Source: Microcoleaceae cyanobacterium (GTDB taxonomy: Bacteria; Cyanobacteriota; Cyanobacteriia; Cyanobacteriales; Microcoleaceae). From it: a stretch of DNA of 64,000 bases. Under the pieces are notes generated by a model. That model was not told the DNA's origin. It was given only the letters and a program-made list of their open reading frames with translations, and did not search any database. The DNA lies in assembly GCA_051652765.1 (NCBI GenBank), contig JBOFUV010000097.1, positions 32,001-96,000 on the forward strand, written 5' to 3'. Positions 40,108-51,053 of the stretch are shown here, piece after piece. Made by a program: the position numbers and the translations under genes. How positions within the stretch are numbered: position 1 is the first letter of the stretch; every line of letters begins with the position of its first letter.

Positions 40108-40701
40108 ATGATTGAGCTCCTAGCTGCGCTTTCTGCATCGGCAGCAGCAGGGATAAGAATCGCTCTGCCTCTCTTGTTAATTGGTCTTCTGCGAGATGAC
40201 TTATGGTCAAACGTTCCGCTCTTATCTGCCTGCCCTCCCCAGTTAATTGTAGGAATGTTGGTGAGTTGGTCTTTGTTTGAACTCTTTGCCTCTACAAAAC
40301 TCCTAGGGCAACGAATTTTGCAGATCGTACAGCTTATATTCAGCCCAATTGTGGGGGCTATTATGGGAGTTGCCGTTGCTCAAATTGCATTGCTGCCCCC
40401 TTGGCTGAGTTGGATACTGGGTCTCACTGGCGGGTTGCTCGCCCTAGTGTTACAACTGGTTCAAGCAGGCTGGCTATACCGTTTGCGAGGACTGCCACTC
40501 TGGGCGATTCTTGCACAGGATATTCTGTGCATTTCCCTGGTTGTCTTCGCCCTGGGTGATCCCCAACGGGGCGGGCTGATCGCTCTTTTGCTGCTATGGT
40601 TGGCAATCCGGAGTTCCAAAGAATGGTATCGCTGGTATAGGATTCAAAGACCAAGACATCCTCGCCTCCCTCCTCCTCAAGACACATATGGCCCAGACTA
40701 G
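40108..40701 (+). CDS. DUF4126 family membrane protein
   Basis: LAALSASAAAG.RIALPLL, ELFAS.KLLGQR, GW.YRLRGLP; multi-TM. Confidence 0.75.
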   Translation: MIELLAALSASAAAGIRIALPLLLIGLLRDDLWSNVPLLSACPPQLIVGMLVSWSLFELFASTKLLGQRILQIVQLIFSPIVGAIMGVAVAQIALLPPWLSWILGLTGGLLALVLQLVQAGWLYRLRGLPLWAILAQDILCISLVVFALGDPQRGGLIALLLLWLAIRSSKEWYRWYRIQRPRHPRLPPPQDTYGPD

Positions 40702-40703
40702 AC

Positions 40704-41312
40704 CTATTGAAGCTCATTCGGGTAGGGTAAGTCCTGATCCAATCCTTGCATTCGATTGATCGGCCAAAACCTTAGAATCGCCCGACCAATGATATTTTCC
40801 CGAGGAACATAGCCCCACTTACGACTATCGTAGCTATTGTTGCGGTTGTCACCCATCACCAAGTAGCTGTCGGCAGGGACAACATTTTCAATACCTGCTG
40901 GAGGCCAATCTTCATGGGGAAGCTCGGCAATGTAATCCTCGGGCAGAGCTTCTCCATTCACATAAACTGTGCCACCTTTAACTTCAACAGTGTCTCCCGG
41001 TAGACCAATAATCCGCTTAATGAAAGCATCTTTATATTGGCTCTTGAGCTGATCCGGTGGAGAGAAGACAACAATATCCCCTCGATTGGGCTCCTTGAAG
41101 CGATAACCCAATTTATCAATAATTAGGCGATCATTGACTTCTAGGGTCGGCTCCATGGAGCCTGAAGGAATATAACGAGCTTCGGCTACAAACGTTCGAA
41201 TTCCTAAGGCTAAAACAATACTGAGTCCAACGGTCTTCAGCCCTTCAATCCAGGGATTTTCTTCTTGGGAGGGATTTCTCTTCTCTGGTTCTGGGTTGGG
41301 CACGCTACTCAT
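40704..41312 (-). CDS. lepB: signal peptidase I
   Basis: IPSGSMEPTL (Ser), FIKRIIGLPGD (Lys), MGDNRNNSYDSR. Confidence 0.95.
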   Translation of the reverse strand: MSSVPNPEPEKRNPSQEENPWIEGLKTVGLSIVLALGIRTFVAEARYIPSGSMEPTLEVNDRLIIDKLGYRFKEPNRGDIVVFSPPDQLKSQYKDAFIKRIIGLPGDTVEVKGGTVYVNGEALPEDYIAELPHEDWPPAGIENVVPADSYLVMGDNRNNSYDSRKWGYVPRENIIGRAILRFWPINRMQGLDQDLPYPNELQ

Positions 41313-41610
41313 AGGTTGTCGATTCACAAGCAAGCTATCGGGATTAATCTATATCAAAAGCTGCAGAAACTTGAAACTCATAGATTCCCTATAAGGCTGT
41401 CATCTCAAGCAATACAGATGGCTGCGCTAAATGCAGTGATGACTATTGTACCAAATTCAACCTACGATCGCCCATGCCTCCTGAACAAGAGATCGAAACT
41501 TAGACGCATTGTCGAGGTGAAGGCGGGCTCACTTAGAGCAATTTTATCATGTGAGCTTTAACCCGCGCAGGCTCGCACCCCTCCCTGTACTACAGGGACA
41601 GAATCTGAAT

Positions 41611-41648
41611 CAATCAGCAATGATTGCTATGGCAATCATTGCTGATTG
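41611..41648. repeat. 17-bp-arm palindrome formed by two abutting MITE ends
   Basis: CAATCAGCAATGATTGC-TATG-GCAATCATTGCTGATTG. Confidence 0.75.
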
Positions 41649-41711
41649 GTGAAATAGGTAAAGAATAATCTTTCTTGAGGACACAGTCCCAAACCCCTCT
41701 TTAATTTTTTC

Positions 41712-42689
41712 ATGACTGAATTTAGGATTGCTAGGTATAGCGCCAAATACAGTGACCAACTAACTTGGGGTAATGTGATGAAGTATTCCTTGAAGTTTAA
41801 GTCCAACTCTCAGTTGAAACGATTTCCACTGCCAACCGATCAATTAAAACCCGGTGATATCATTGACAAAAAAGCAGGAGAAGTGATTTCTATTAGTGAC
41901 TATACTCTCAACCTGCAAGGAGGATATGTTCGGGTTATTCTTGATGAATTTGACCCGGAAACTATTTCTGTAGAAACAGTTAAAGAACAATATTATTGTT
42001 TGAATCATGAGATTGAAATTACTACTGTTGAATTATTGTCTCAACCGACTACTACAGGTCAACAACTTTCTTTGTCCCGGCCTGCACAAGTCGATTTAAA
42101 AAAAGTTCCTTATCATACCCAATTAAATAATAAGTATGAACCGAGTGGCACTTGTAACGTTACCTGTGTAGCAATGGTTTTGAAGTATTATGAGGTTGAT
42201 TCTCGCACAGCATCAGACTTAGAAAACAAGGTACAACTTGAAGATATTCTCTATTTAAAAACCAAAACCTGGGATGAGTTTTATGGCTACACTGGTGGGA
42301 CAAAAACTCGCCATGAACCCAGTTTTTTAATCAAACTTCTGCGAGAATGGGGGCAAAAGTACGGCAAGGGAATATTAAGAGATTCCTACTTCAAAGCTGC
42401 TGCGACTGAAGAGGAAATTAAACAACATATTGCCCAAGAGAATCCCGTCATTATTCATGGGTATTTTACTCACTATGGCCACATCATTGTAGTCAGAGGA
42501 TACGATGATACAACCGGGGAATGGATTTGCAATGATCCCAATGGTAAATGGTTAGGAACGCCGGGTAAATATGATAAAAATGCCAGCGGTGAAGGAGTGC
42601 GTTATCGTTATACAAGTGTTCATGAGGTATGCCACATTGGGGGTGGTATTTGGTGTCATTTTCCAATTCCTCAAGTGCTGCAAGGGTAA
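41712..42689 (+). CDS. C39-like cysteine peptidase domain protein
   Basis: VPYHTQ..TCNVTCVAM (Cys), GHIIVVRGYD (His), CNDP (Asp); start may be ATG 41778. Confidence 0.85.
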   Translation: MTEFRIARYSAKYSDQLTWGNVMKYSLKFKSNSQLKRFPLPTDQLKPGDIIDKKAGEVISISDYTLNLQGGYVRVILDEFDPETISVETVKEQYYCLNHEIEITTVELLSQPTTTGQQLSLSRPAQVDLKKVPYHTQLNNKYEPSGTCNVTCVAMVLKYYEVDSRTASDLENKVQLEDILYLKTKTWDEFYGYTGGTKTRHEPSFLIKLLREWGQKYGKGILRDSYFKAAATEEEIKQHIAQENPVIIHGYFTHYGHIIVVRGYDDTTGEWICNDPNGKWLGTPGKYDKNASGEGVRYRYTSVHEVCHIGGGIWCHFPIPQVLQG

Positions 42690-42690
42690 T

Positions 42691-44445
42691 TCAGACTTGG
42701 AACTGTTGAGTGGAGCGATTAGCGGAAGTAGATTGTTGGATCGGAACTTGAATCACAAATTCTGTCCCTTCTCCTAGAATTGAATTGCACCAAATTTTTC
42801 CATGATGTTTTTCAGTCACAATCTGATAGCTAATCGACAATCCCAACCCTGTTCCTTTGCCAACAGGTTTAGTTGTAAAGAAGGGATCAAAAAGTCTTGC
42901 TTGAACCTGTTCTGAAATTTCTCGACCGCTATTCAGAATAGAAACTTTAACCCAATCTTTATCATCTATCTCGGTACGAATTTTGATGTGGCCGGGATGC
43001 TGCTTAACCTCCTCTAAGGATCGTTGCTGATTCCATTCCTCGATTGCATCAATGCCATTACTAATAATATTCATAAATACTTGATTTAACTGGCTGGGGT
43101 AGCATTCAACCAGAGGCAATTCGCCATAATCTTTAAGCAATTTAATCTCAGGATGTTCTGACCTTGATTTTAATCGATTCCGCAGAATTAATAAGGTGCT
43201 ATCAATTCCTTCATGAATATTCACGGCTTTCAGCGCCGACTCATCCAGGCGAGAAAAATTTCGCAAAGAGTTGACAATTTCCCGAATTCTTTCTGTCCCA
43301 ACTCGCATAGATTTTAAGAGATTAGAAATATCTTGTTTGAGAAAATCCAACTCAATTTTTTCTAGTTCTGATTGAATTTTTTTCGGTGGATCGGGATAAT
43401 ACTCTTGATACAAAGCAATCAAGCCTAGTAAATCCTGAGTATATGCTTCAGCATAGGCCACATTCCCATGAATGAAGTTAACCGGGTTATTAATTTCATG
43501 GGCAACTCCTGCCACTAACTGCCCTAAACTGGACATTTTTTCTGCTTGAACCAACTGGGTTTTGGTACGTTCCTGTTCATCCAAAAGATTTCTAACGCGA
43601 TGAATCAATTGGTTTAAGGCAGTCGTTAATTGTCCAACTTCATCATCTGTAGTAACGGGTGCTTGTAGACTAAAATCATCTTCTTGAGTGACCTCTTGAG
43701 CAACTTTTGTAGCAGAACGGAGCGGGCAAGAAATTGCTTGACTGATATAAAATGCAATCCAAGTTGCTGCAACTAGAGAAAGTAACATACTTGCCGTAAG
43801 AATTTTAACTCTTAATCGTCTCGCTTTTCTCAAAGCTTGATCGACTTCCTGTTCTTCTTCTCTGACTGTTTCAACTAGCTCTTTAATCTCATTAAAAAAG
43901 TAATTGACCTTGCTGACAGTATGATTCCCATAGTCCAGCGCCAAGAGGATTTTTTGATTTGCAGCAACACTTTCTGCAGTTCTGTTCGAGAGGTCAATCT
44001 TTTGAACTACAGTGTTGATTTGTTGTTGATAGCTTTCTAGCAAACCATCATATTTCCGATTTAACGTATTGAAAATTTCTAGCTCTTCATCTGTTTCTTC
44101 AACCAGTGGATTTTCATAAGATTTCGTCAATTGTTCCCAAGCCTCTAGAGCATTTTCAGAGTATGTCCGAAATCCTTGATAAGCATTTTGAAATTGAACT
44201 GGGTCATTCACCAAAGCCGTAAGCTGATGCTGATATTCTTTGGCTTCCAGGATGCTGGTTTGTAGATCAATAATTAGACTGAGTTCTTTATATAAATCTT
44301 CCTTTAAAAGATCTGCCTTCCGTTGTTGGGCATCTCCAATGGTAACTCCCAGCCAGGTTCCTAGGGTCGCCAGTCCTAATGGGATAATGTAGCCCAGCCT
44401 AATCTTTTGGCCCAAACTGCGAACTCTGAGCCAAGGCAACAACAT
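42691..44445 (-). CDS. membrane sensor histidine kinase (HAMP-HisKA-HATPase)
   Basis: KIRLGY TM1, TM2, HAMP DDEVGQL, AHEINNPV, FTTKPVGKGTGLGL; upstream extension in the track overlaps a dispersed repeat. Confidence 0.9.
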   Translation of the reverse strand: MLLPWLRVRSLGQKIRLGYIIPLGLATLGTWLGVTIGDAQQRKADLLKEDLYKELSLIIDLQTSILEAKEYQHQLTALVNDPVQFQNAYQGFRTYSENALEAWEQLTKSYENPLVEETDEELEIFNTLNRKYDGLLESYQQQINTVVQKIDLSNRTAESVAANQKILLALDYGNHTVSKVNYFFNEIKELVETVREEEQEVDQALRKARRLRVKILTASMLLSLVAATWIAFYISQAISCPLRSATKVAQEVTQEDDFSLQAPVTTDDEVGQLTTALNQLIHRVRNLLDEQERTKTQLVQAEKMSSLGQLVAGVAHEINNPVNFIHGNVAYAEAYTQDLLGLIALYQEYYPDPPKKIQSELEKIELDFLKQDISNLLKSMRVGTERIREIVNSLRNFSRLDESALKAVNIHEGIDSTLLILRNRLKSRSEHPEIKLLKDYGELPLVECYPSQLNQVFMNIISNGIDAIEEWNQQRSLEEVKQHPGHIKIRTEIDDKDWVKVSILNSGREISEQVQARLFDPFFTTKPVGKGTGLGLSISYQIVTEKHHGKIWCNSILGEGTEFVIQVPIQQSTSANRSTQQFQV

Positions 44446-44817
44446 TTGACACTGAGTATTAAACCAACTTGGAACCTGTCTGTTCAACCGATGTCTCCTA
44501 TGATACTGATGCAAATTGTGATCGCAATCTGATTTGAAGTGTGAACGTGGGTGGGCATCTTCCTCGCGCAGGCTAGAAGCCTGTGCCACAAGTCTTCTGT
44601 AATCCAGAGGTAAACCCCCAGAACGATATAACTTTAGTTTTAAACTTTAAACCTAACTTTTAGTTATAGACCCAAGAGCCTAGGGTTGGCGTGATAGAAG
44701 TTTGGCGATTGGAGTGATAAAGGTCACACTCCAATGGGTTCTATACCTCGGGACTTTCAACCTCTGAATTGTAGATTCGAGGCTCAAGCAGATTTTTTTG
44801 TACGATTGATATTTTTC

Positions 44818-45633
44818 TTAATTTTTCATGCCCGTTGTGGCAATGCCCCGAATAAATTGCCGTTGCCCAATCAGGAATAAAACAACCACGGGCAATGTTG
44901 CGATCACCACTGCCGCCATCAAGAGTGACCAACTGCTCGTGAACTGTTCTTGAAATTCTGCTAAAGCGAGTTGTACGGTTCTCAGTTCGGGCCGAGTGGT
45001 GAACACTAAAGGCTTAAACAGGTCATTCCATTCTCCAATAAATGTAAATAAAAACAAGGTAATCAGGGCTGGGCGGGCACAGGGAAGCATGACGTGCCAG
45101 AGGATTTGCCAACGGTTGGCCCCATCTAAGGCTGCAGCTTCCTCAAGTTCGATAGGAACCGTCAGGAAATATTGTCGCAGCAGAAAAATCCCAAATCCAT
45201 TCACTGCCGTGGGCAAAATCAAAGCGCCGTAGGTGTTGATCAGATGTCCCCACTTCAGAACCAAGAAAATTGGAATCACCAACAGTTGGAAGGGAATCAC
45301 CAAAGTTGCAATCACGATGAGTAAAATTGCTTGCCGCCCTCGAAATCTTAGCCTTGCCAGGGAATATCCCGCTAAGGCCGAAGTCAAGACCTGTAATGCG
45401 GTCACAGCGATCGCCACTATAGTAGAATTGGCAAACGCTAGCCAGAAATTCCCTCGCTGCCAAGCTTCTCGATAGTTTGCCAGGGTAAATTCCGGTTTTC
45501 CTGGGGAGCCAGCCGTTGTAAACGAAGTCCACAACACTACTCCCAAGGGCAAGAGGACAATTCCAACTCCAATCAGCAGCAAGCCCAGCCTGATAACCTG
45601 AGAGAATGTCAATCGGCTGATTTCTGTTTTCAT
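44818..45633 (-). CDS. carbohydrate ABC transporter permease
   Basis: NS..VA..SALAGYSLAR, ELEEAAALDGA (EAA loop), EWNDLFKPL; ATG 45633. Confidence 0.92.
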   Translation of the reverse strand: MKTEISRLTFSQVIRLGLLLIGVGIVLLPLGVVLWTSFTTAGSPGKPEFTLANYREAWQRGNFWLAFANSTIVAIAVTALQVLTSALAGYSLARLRFRGRQAILLIVIATLVIPFQLLVIPIFLVLKWGHLINTYGALILPTAVNGFGIFLLRQYFLTVPIELEEAAALDGANRWQILWHVMLPCARPALITLFLFTFIGEWNDLFKPLVFTTRPELRTVQLALAEFQEQFTSSWSLLMAAVVIATLPVVVLFLIGQRQFIRGIATTGMKN

Positions 45634-45967
45634 AAGTGTTTCCAGAGTAAAGTTTAAAAGAGTTGAGCAAAACTTATCAAACATGGATAGAAATTGTCGG
45701 GTTTCTTGACCCTGAAATGATTTATTCCAGAGAAAGAACACCAAACTGGTCAAATCTTCGATTAAATAGGTAAAGTAAAATAATGTATGTTCAAAGCCCC
45801 TGACTCTTGATCTGACTTTGGATAGCCTTAGCCCCTGAAGTTCAACTGTTCTTGATCTTCCCTCTGAGGGAATTTGGAATCAAGGACGGTTTGTCGGTGC
45901 TGAGACTTGGAGCTAGAACCAGAACATTAGTACAAAATAGCAGTTTGTGATGAGGAGATAGAAAACC

Positions 45968-46663
45968 ATGCCACAGCTTGAAGCCATTGCAGAGCTAGAT
46001 TTCCATTCTGATCTTTACAAAGATGCTTACAGTCGAATTAATGCCATTGTAATTGAAGGCGAACAAGAAGCCTACGATAATTACATTAAATTGGGTGAAC
46101 TTTTACCTGATCAAAAAGATGAGTTGATCAACTTATCTAAGATGGAGAAGCGTCACATGAAAGGGTTCCAAGCCTGTGGCAAGAATTTGGAGGTGACCCC
46201 TGACATGGGGTTTGCCCAGAAGTTTTTCTCAAGCTTGCACCAAAACTTTCAAGACGCTGCTGTAGAAGGTAAGATTGTGACTTGCCTATTAATTCAATCT
46301 CTGATTATTGAATGTTTTGCGATCGCCGCTTACAACATTTACATCCCAGTTGCTGATGCCTTCGCTCGCAAAATTACTGAGGGTGTGGTCAAGGATGAGT
46401 ATATGCACCTGAACTTTGGGGAACAGTGGCTCAACGCCAACTTTGAAGCTTCACAAGCAGAACTGGAAGCCGCTAATCGGCAAAATTTGCCCATTGTTTG
46501 GCAGATGCTTAACCAGGTTGAAGAAGACGCAAAAGTTCTGGGTATGGAAAAAGATGCGCTGATCGAAGACTTTATGGTTTCCTATGGAGAAGCCTTAGAG
46601 AATATTGGTTTCACAACCCGTGAAATCATGCGAATGTCTGCTTATGGCTTGAGAACTGCCTAG
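45968..46663 (+). CDS. ado: aldehyde-deformylating oxygenase
   Basis: [40 protein letters not shown] di-iron motifs. Confidence 0.97.
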   Translation: MPQLEAIAELDFHSDLYKDAYSRINAIVIEGEQEAYDNYIKLGELLPDQKDELINLSKMEKRHMKGFQACGKNLEVTPDMGFAQKFFSSLHQNFQDAAVEGKIVTCLLIQSLIIECFAIAAYNIYIPVADAFARKITEGVVKDEYMHLNFGEQWLNANFEASQAELEAANRQNLPIVWQMLNQVEEDAKVLGMEKDALIEDFMVSYGEALENIGFTTREIMRMSAYGLRTA

Positions 46664-46683
46664 AACGTTCTAGATCATTGGGG

Positions 46684-46715
46684 CAAGGACATGGTGTAAT
46701 ACCGTCATGTCCTTG
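46684..46715. repeat. hairpin/short dispersed repeat between ado and aar
   Basis: CAAGGACATG..CATGTCCTTG inverted repeat. Confidence 0.6.
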
Positions 46716-46785
46716 AAGATAAGTTCTGCATCTCATGCCCTCCGAAGTTATCATCTAGAATCTATCCAATTTTTGAAGTTACACT

Positions 46786-47811
46786 ATGTTTGGCTTAATC
46801 GGTCATCTCACAAGTTTAGAACACGCTCAAGCCGTTGCAAAAGATTTAGGTTACCCAGAATATGCTGACCAAGGGTTGGATTTTTGGTGCAGTGCCCCGC
46901 CTCAGATTGTTGATGATATTAAAGTCACTAGCATTACAGGTCAAGTAATCGAAGGTAAATATGTGGAGTCTTGCTTTCTACCAGAAATGTTAGCGAGTCG
47001 TCGCATCAAGGCTGCAACCCGTAAGGTGATCAATGCCATGGCTCATGCCCAAAAGCATGGGATTAATATTACTGCCCTAGGCGGATTTTCTTCAATTATT
47101 TTTGAGAATTTTAGCCTAGAAAGTATCAAGCAGGTTCGGAACATCAAGCTCGAATTTGAGCGGTTCACGACCGGCAATACTCATACTGCTTATGTGATTT
47201 GTCGTCAGGTAGAACAGATGGCTCCCAAACTTGGGATCAACCTATCTGAGGCAACGATTGCCGTTTGCGGGGCAACAGGGGATATTGGCAGTGCCGTTTG
47301 TCGATGGTTGGAAAAACGCACAGATGTTGGAGAGTTGTTGTTAATTGCTCGTGATCGCGATCGCTTACAAAATTTGCAGGCAGAGTTGGGACGGGGCAAG
47401 ATTCTTAGTCTGGATGAGGCTCTTCCCATAGCAGATGTAATCGTTTGGGTTGCCAGTATGCCCAAGGGCGTTGAGATCAATCCTGAGAGCCTCAAAAAAC
47501 CTTGTCTGGTAATCGATGGTGGCTATCCCAAGAACATGGTCACCCAGATTCAGCATCCTGGTATTCATGTCCTAGAAGGCGGCATTGTAGAGCACTCTTT
47601 GGATATTGACTGGCGCATCATGAAAATTGTCAATATGAAAGCTCCGGCTCGTCAACTATTTGCCTGTTTTGCGGAATCTATGTTGCTAGAGTTTGAGAAG
47701 TTGTACACCAACTTTTCCTGGGGACGGAATCAGATTACAGTTGAAAAAATGGAACAAATTGGCCAAGTTTCCGTGAAGCATGGATTCAAGCCCTTGCAAT
47801 TGTCTGTTTGA
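46786..47811 (+). CDS. aar: long-chain acyl-ACP reductase
   Basis: [34 protein letters not shown]. Confidence 0.97.
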   Translation: MFGLIGHLTSLEHAQAVAKDLGYPEYADQGLDFWCSAPPQIVDDIKVTSITGQVIEGKYVESCFLPEMLASRRIKAATRKVINAMAHAQKHGINITALGGFSSIIFENFSLESIKQVRNIKLEFERFTTGNTHTAYVICRQVEQMAPKLGINLSEATIAVCGATGDIGSAVCRWLEKRTDVGELLLIARDRDRLQNLQAELGRGKILSLDEALPIADVIVWVASMPKGVEINPESLKKPCLVIDGGYPKNMVTQIQHPGIHVLEGGIVEHSLDIDWRIMKIVNMKAPARQLFACFAESMLLEFEKLYTNFSWGRNQITVEKMEQIGQVSVKHGFKPLQLSV

Positions 47812-47895
47812 TTAATTTTGGTTAAGATTGGGTCTTGTACCGAATCTAGTTGGGGGCGTAGCGATTTAAAACCTGTTGATGAGACCTTAAAAGTC

Positions 47896-50472
47896 ATGCC
47901 GCGCATCTCTGTTGTTACGCCAACCCATAACCAAGAAGCCTTCATCCTGTCAGCTCTTGTCAGTGTTTTAAATCAAACTTACCAAGACTTTGAAATCATT
48001 ATTACTAATGATGCCTCCACAGACTGTACCCTTGAAAAAATTTCGGAACTGAACGATCCTCGAATTCGGTTATTTTCACTAGAGCACAATCAAGGAGAAA
48101 GCGCTGCAACAAACCACTCCATTCTTCAGGCTACGGGTGAATATATTGCGATTCTACATTCTGATGATTTATTTGTTGCTCACAAGCTAGAAAAACAGGT
48201 TGAGTTTCTAGATCAAAATCCTCAGTTTAATGCAGTTCTGAGCTACGCCCAAATTATTGATGAGCAAGGACAACCACTCCCAGATAATAGTCATATCCTT
48301 CAGAGAACGTTTACTCAACCCAATCGCACTCGATTTCAATGGTTAAATTATTTTTTTACCCAGGATAATTGCTTGTGCCAAACCAGTGCCATGATTCGAC
48401 GCAGATGTTACGAAACCGTCGGACTCTATGACTGTCGTTTTCGTCAAGTTCCAGATTTTGACTTTTGGGTGAGATTTTGTCTGCACTATGACCTGTACAT
48501 CTTGCCTGAAGATTTAACCCAATGCCGAGTTCACCAATCAAATATTAGTAGAATTCACCCAGAAACAATTATTCGCCATACGACCGAAGTTTTCCAGATT
48601 TTGAAACATTATTTGTGTTCAGAAGTCTATCAGAATATTATTCAAATTTTTCCAACTCTGGCTGAAAATAACGTAGCTTTTGAGGCAGAACTCGCGCCAT
48701 TCTTACTAGCAAACCAGGCACTAAACATTAGCCGTCCATCCCATCAACTATTCGGATTAGAGATTCTGTATAACTTGCTCGATCAACCTGATCTTGTAGT
48801 CAAATTAGAGCAACATTATAGGTTCAATTTTCGTAGTTTAACTCATCTCACTGGAAAGTATGATGTTTTTGGACTGCGCCCTAGTCAGAAGTTAAATCCA
48901 CAAGACACTAAACTCTCTCTAAAAAACCATCAAGAATTTCCCTTAGTTAGTTTGATTATCCCAACTTTTAATGGGGAAAAATTTATTACAGAAGCTCTCG
49001 AAAGTGCTGTCTCACAAACCTACTCTAATCTGGAGATTATTATTTCTGATGATGGCTCAACAGATCGAACCTTAGATTTGGTTAATGCCTTCAAGGCTCA
49101 ATCTCTAGCGCCATTAAAAGTGATCACTCATTCTAACTATGGGTTAGTCAAAAACCTGAATTTTTGCATAGAAAAGGCTCAGGGAAAATATATCAAATTC
49201 CTATTTCAAGATGATCTGCTAGAGCCTGAATGTGTGGCAAAAATGGTTCATCTCGCTGAACAAGATCTAAACATAGGTCTAGTATTTTCGATCCGAGAAG
49301 CCTTGATCAATTCAGATTCAATTGATAATCCTCTTTGTCAGGCAGCCCATCGTGGAGCCCAAGATCTTCAGCAAGATTGGTCACAGTTAAAATCTATTCA
49401 ATCTGGTCAAGTCCTATTATCTGATCCGCACTGTTTCGTGGGTCGGTTAAATAAAATTGGTGAGCCTACAACAGTACTAATTCCCAAAGCCGTTTTTGAA
49501 AAAATTGGAGGATTTGATCCCAATTTACATCAGCTTCTGGATGTGGATTTCTGGTTTAGAATTATGGGTAGCTACAATATTGGATTTATTAACCAATCAC
49601 TTTCTAAACTACGAATTCATTCCGGACAACAAACCCAAAAAAATATTTCGGCCCAGGAGAACTTAAAAGATTACCAAAGACTTTTCTATAAAATGTTGGA
49701 GTCTCCAGACTACTACTTTCTCAGCGCAGATTTAAAGCAAATTATTTTTTGCAAGTTGCTAGCAAAATCCAAAGATCTTGAAGTAATTGCTACTCAACTT
49801 GTGACCCAGTATTGCCAGAGTTCAGCAGGTACTTCAACTGCTGAATTGGTGTTAGAACGATTGCGTGAACTTCGTCTCAATGTTGCTAAGCGATGGCTAA
49901 ACTTGCCGAGCAAAAATCTAAGCAAAAATCTAAAGAATTCATATCAGAACGATCTAGGAAAAACCCATCAAATCCTAGTCGAGAGCAACTTGCCAGTAGA
50001 AAAGCTAACTGAGTCAGAGCAGCAGTTTGTCAACCTGATGACTCAGCATCTTTATGGAGGTATCAAAACTGAAAAAGACGTACAAGTCTTACTGGCTGTG
50101 ATGCTCTATCAACCTGCTTATCGGATTAACTTAAACTACAGAAATGCTGCAATTCCCCAGCATTTATTTGAAGATTTTCTAAGATACTTATTTGACTCAT
50201 CCCATTTGCCCTCAGACTCTAACTCTCTTCAACAATTCATTCGGTTTAACCGGGACTTACTCAAGTATCTCCGGGTTAACTATGAGTCCAGTTCGGCGAC
50301 GGATCTTTGGCAATACGTGGTCTCAATCTTCATTCAGAGTTCTAACAGTAACCGATGGGAAATAGGGAGGTGTGATGAACATGAGCTACAAGAACTACTG
50401 ATTGAGCGAGCCAAACTGACTGAGCGCTATCTCAACCGCCAAAATAATCTTGCCTCTTCTCAACTCTTATAG
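47896..50472 (+). CDS. glycosyltransferase with two GT2 domains and a C-terminal helical domain
   Basis: ISVVTPTHN..NDASTD..HSDD; second VSLIIPTFN..DDGSTD..FQDD..GEP; likely ATG 47896. Confidence 0.9.
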   Translation: MPRISVVTPTHNQEAFILSALVSVLNQTYQDFEIIITNDASTDCTLEKISELNDPRIRLFSLEHNQGESAATNHSILQATGEYIAILHSDDLFVAHKLEKQVEFLDQNPQFNAVLSYAQIIDEQGQPLPDNSHILQRTFTQPNRTRFQWLNYFFTQDNCLCQTSAMIRRRCYETVGLYDCRFRQVPDFDFWVRFCLHYDLYILPEDLTQCRVHQSNISRIHPETIIRHTTEVFQILKHYLCSEVYQNIIQIFPTLAENNVAFEAELAPFLLANQALNISRPSHQLFGLEILYNLLDQPDLVVKLEQHYRFNFRSLTHLTGKYDVFGLRPSQKLNPQDTKLSLKNHQEFPLVSLIIPTFNGEKFITEALESAVSQTYSNLEIIISDDGSTDRTLDLVNAFKAQSLAPLKVITHSNYGLVKNLNFCIEKAQGKYIKFLFQDDLLEPECVAKMVHLAEQDLNIGLVFSIREALINSDSIDNPLCQAAHRGAQDLQQDWSQLKSIQSGQVLLSDPHCFVGRLNKIGEPTTVLIPKAVFEKIGGFDPNLHQLLDVDFWFRIMGSYNIGFINQSLSKLRIHSGQQTQKNISAQENLKDYQRLFYKMLESPDYYFLSADLKQIIFCKLLAKSKDLEVIATQLVTQYCQSSAGTSTAELVLERLRELRLNVAKRWLNLPSKNLSKNLKNSYQNDLGKTHQILVESNLPVEKLTESEQQFVNLMTQHLYGGIKTEKDVQVLLAVMLYQPAYRINLNYRNAAIPQHLFEDFLRYLFDSSHLPSDSNSLQQFIRFNRDLLKYLRVNYESSSATDLWQYVVSIFIQSSNSNRWEIGRCDEHELQELLIERAKLTERYLNRQNNLASSQLL

Positions 50473-50543
50473 AAGAGGCAATTTGTAGTTAATTAATATT
50501 TTTAGCGTACAACTCACTTCACGAGTCACTAATTAATTAATGA

Positions 50544-51053
50544 TTAGTTGATGCTTAACACCCAAGTTCCCACATAACGAGTAATGGGCACATCCCCTGG
50601 AGTGCGAATATTAGCATTGAAATGGAACATTCCGCCAAAGTTTGGATTCCTGACGTTCGACATCACAATTTCAATTTTGTTGCCTGCAGGAATCGGTTCA
50701 GCGGGATAAATCTCAATAAAACGATTTTCAGGGTCCCAAACCACTTCTTCTAGAGCGATGGGCTCGTCTTTAATCCGAATTTCTATCCGGTCTGGATCAA
50801 ATTTGCCTCTGTAGTAGTCTGGATAAGTGATTGAAATCAACTCAACGGCCAAATTCAATCTGTCCGCAGGAATTCTCAACTTGTAGCGATCCTTGACTCC
50901 CGGCTTACCACTTTGGAGGAAGAAATTCAGCAGGTTGGCTTTGTCTGGCCCACCAAATAAAGTGACTCCCTGGGTTCCTTGGGCCAATGAGATCACTGGA
51001 AGACTTGCCAGGAGACAAGCGGAGAGGGCTAGACCTGTTGTTAAACGTTTCAT
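50544..51053 (-). CDS. DUF2808 domain secreted protein
   Basis: Signal peptide; DRY.LRIP..I.YP.YY.G.FD..VRNP..GMF.FN..Y.GTW. Confidence 0.8.
   Translation of the reverse strand: MKRLTTGLALSACLLASLPVISLAQGTQGVTLFGGPDKANLLNFFLQSGKPGVKDRYKLRIPADRLNLAVELISITYPDYYRGKFDPDRIEIRIKDEPIALEEVVWDPENRFIEIYPAEPIPAGNKIEIVMSNVRNPNFGGMFHFNANIRTPGDVPITRYVGTWVLSIN

Noticed and set aside
44446..44589. N-terminal extension of the histidine kinase
   Set aside because: Runs through a short dispersed repeat (GGGTGGGCATCTT..GGCTAGAAGCCTGTGCCAC); the downstream ATG 44445 fits the paralogous architecture.
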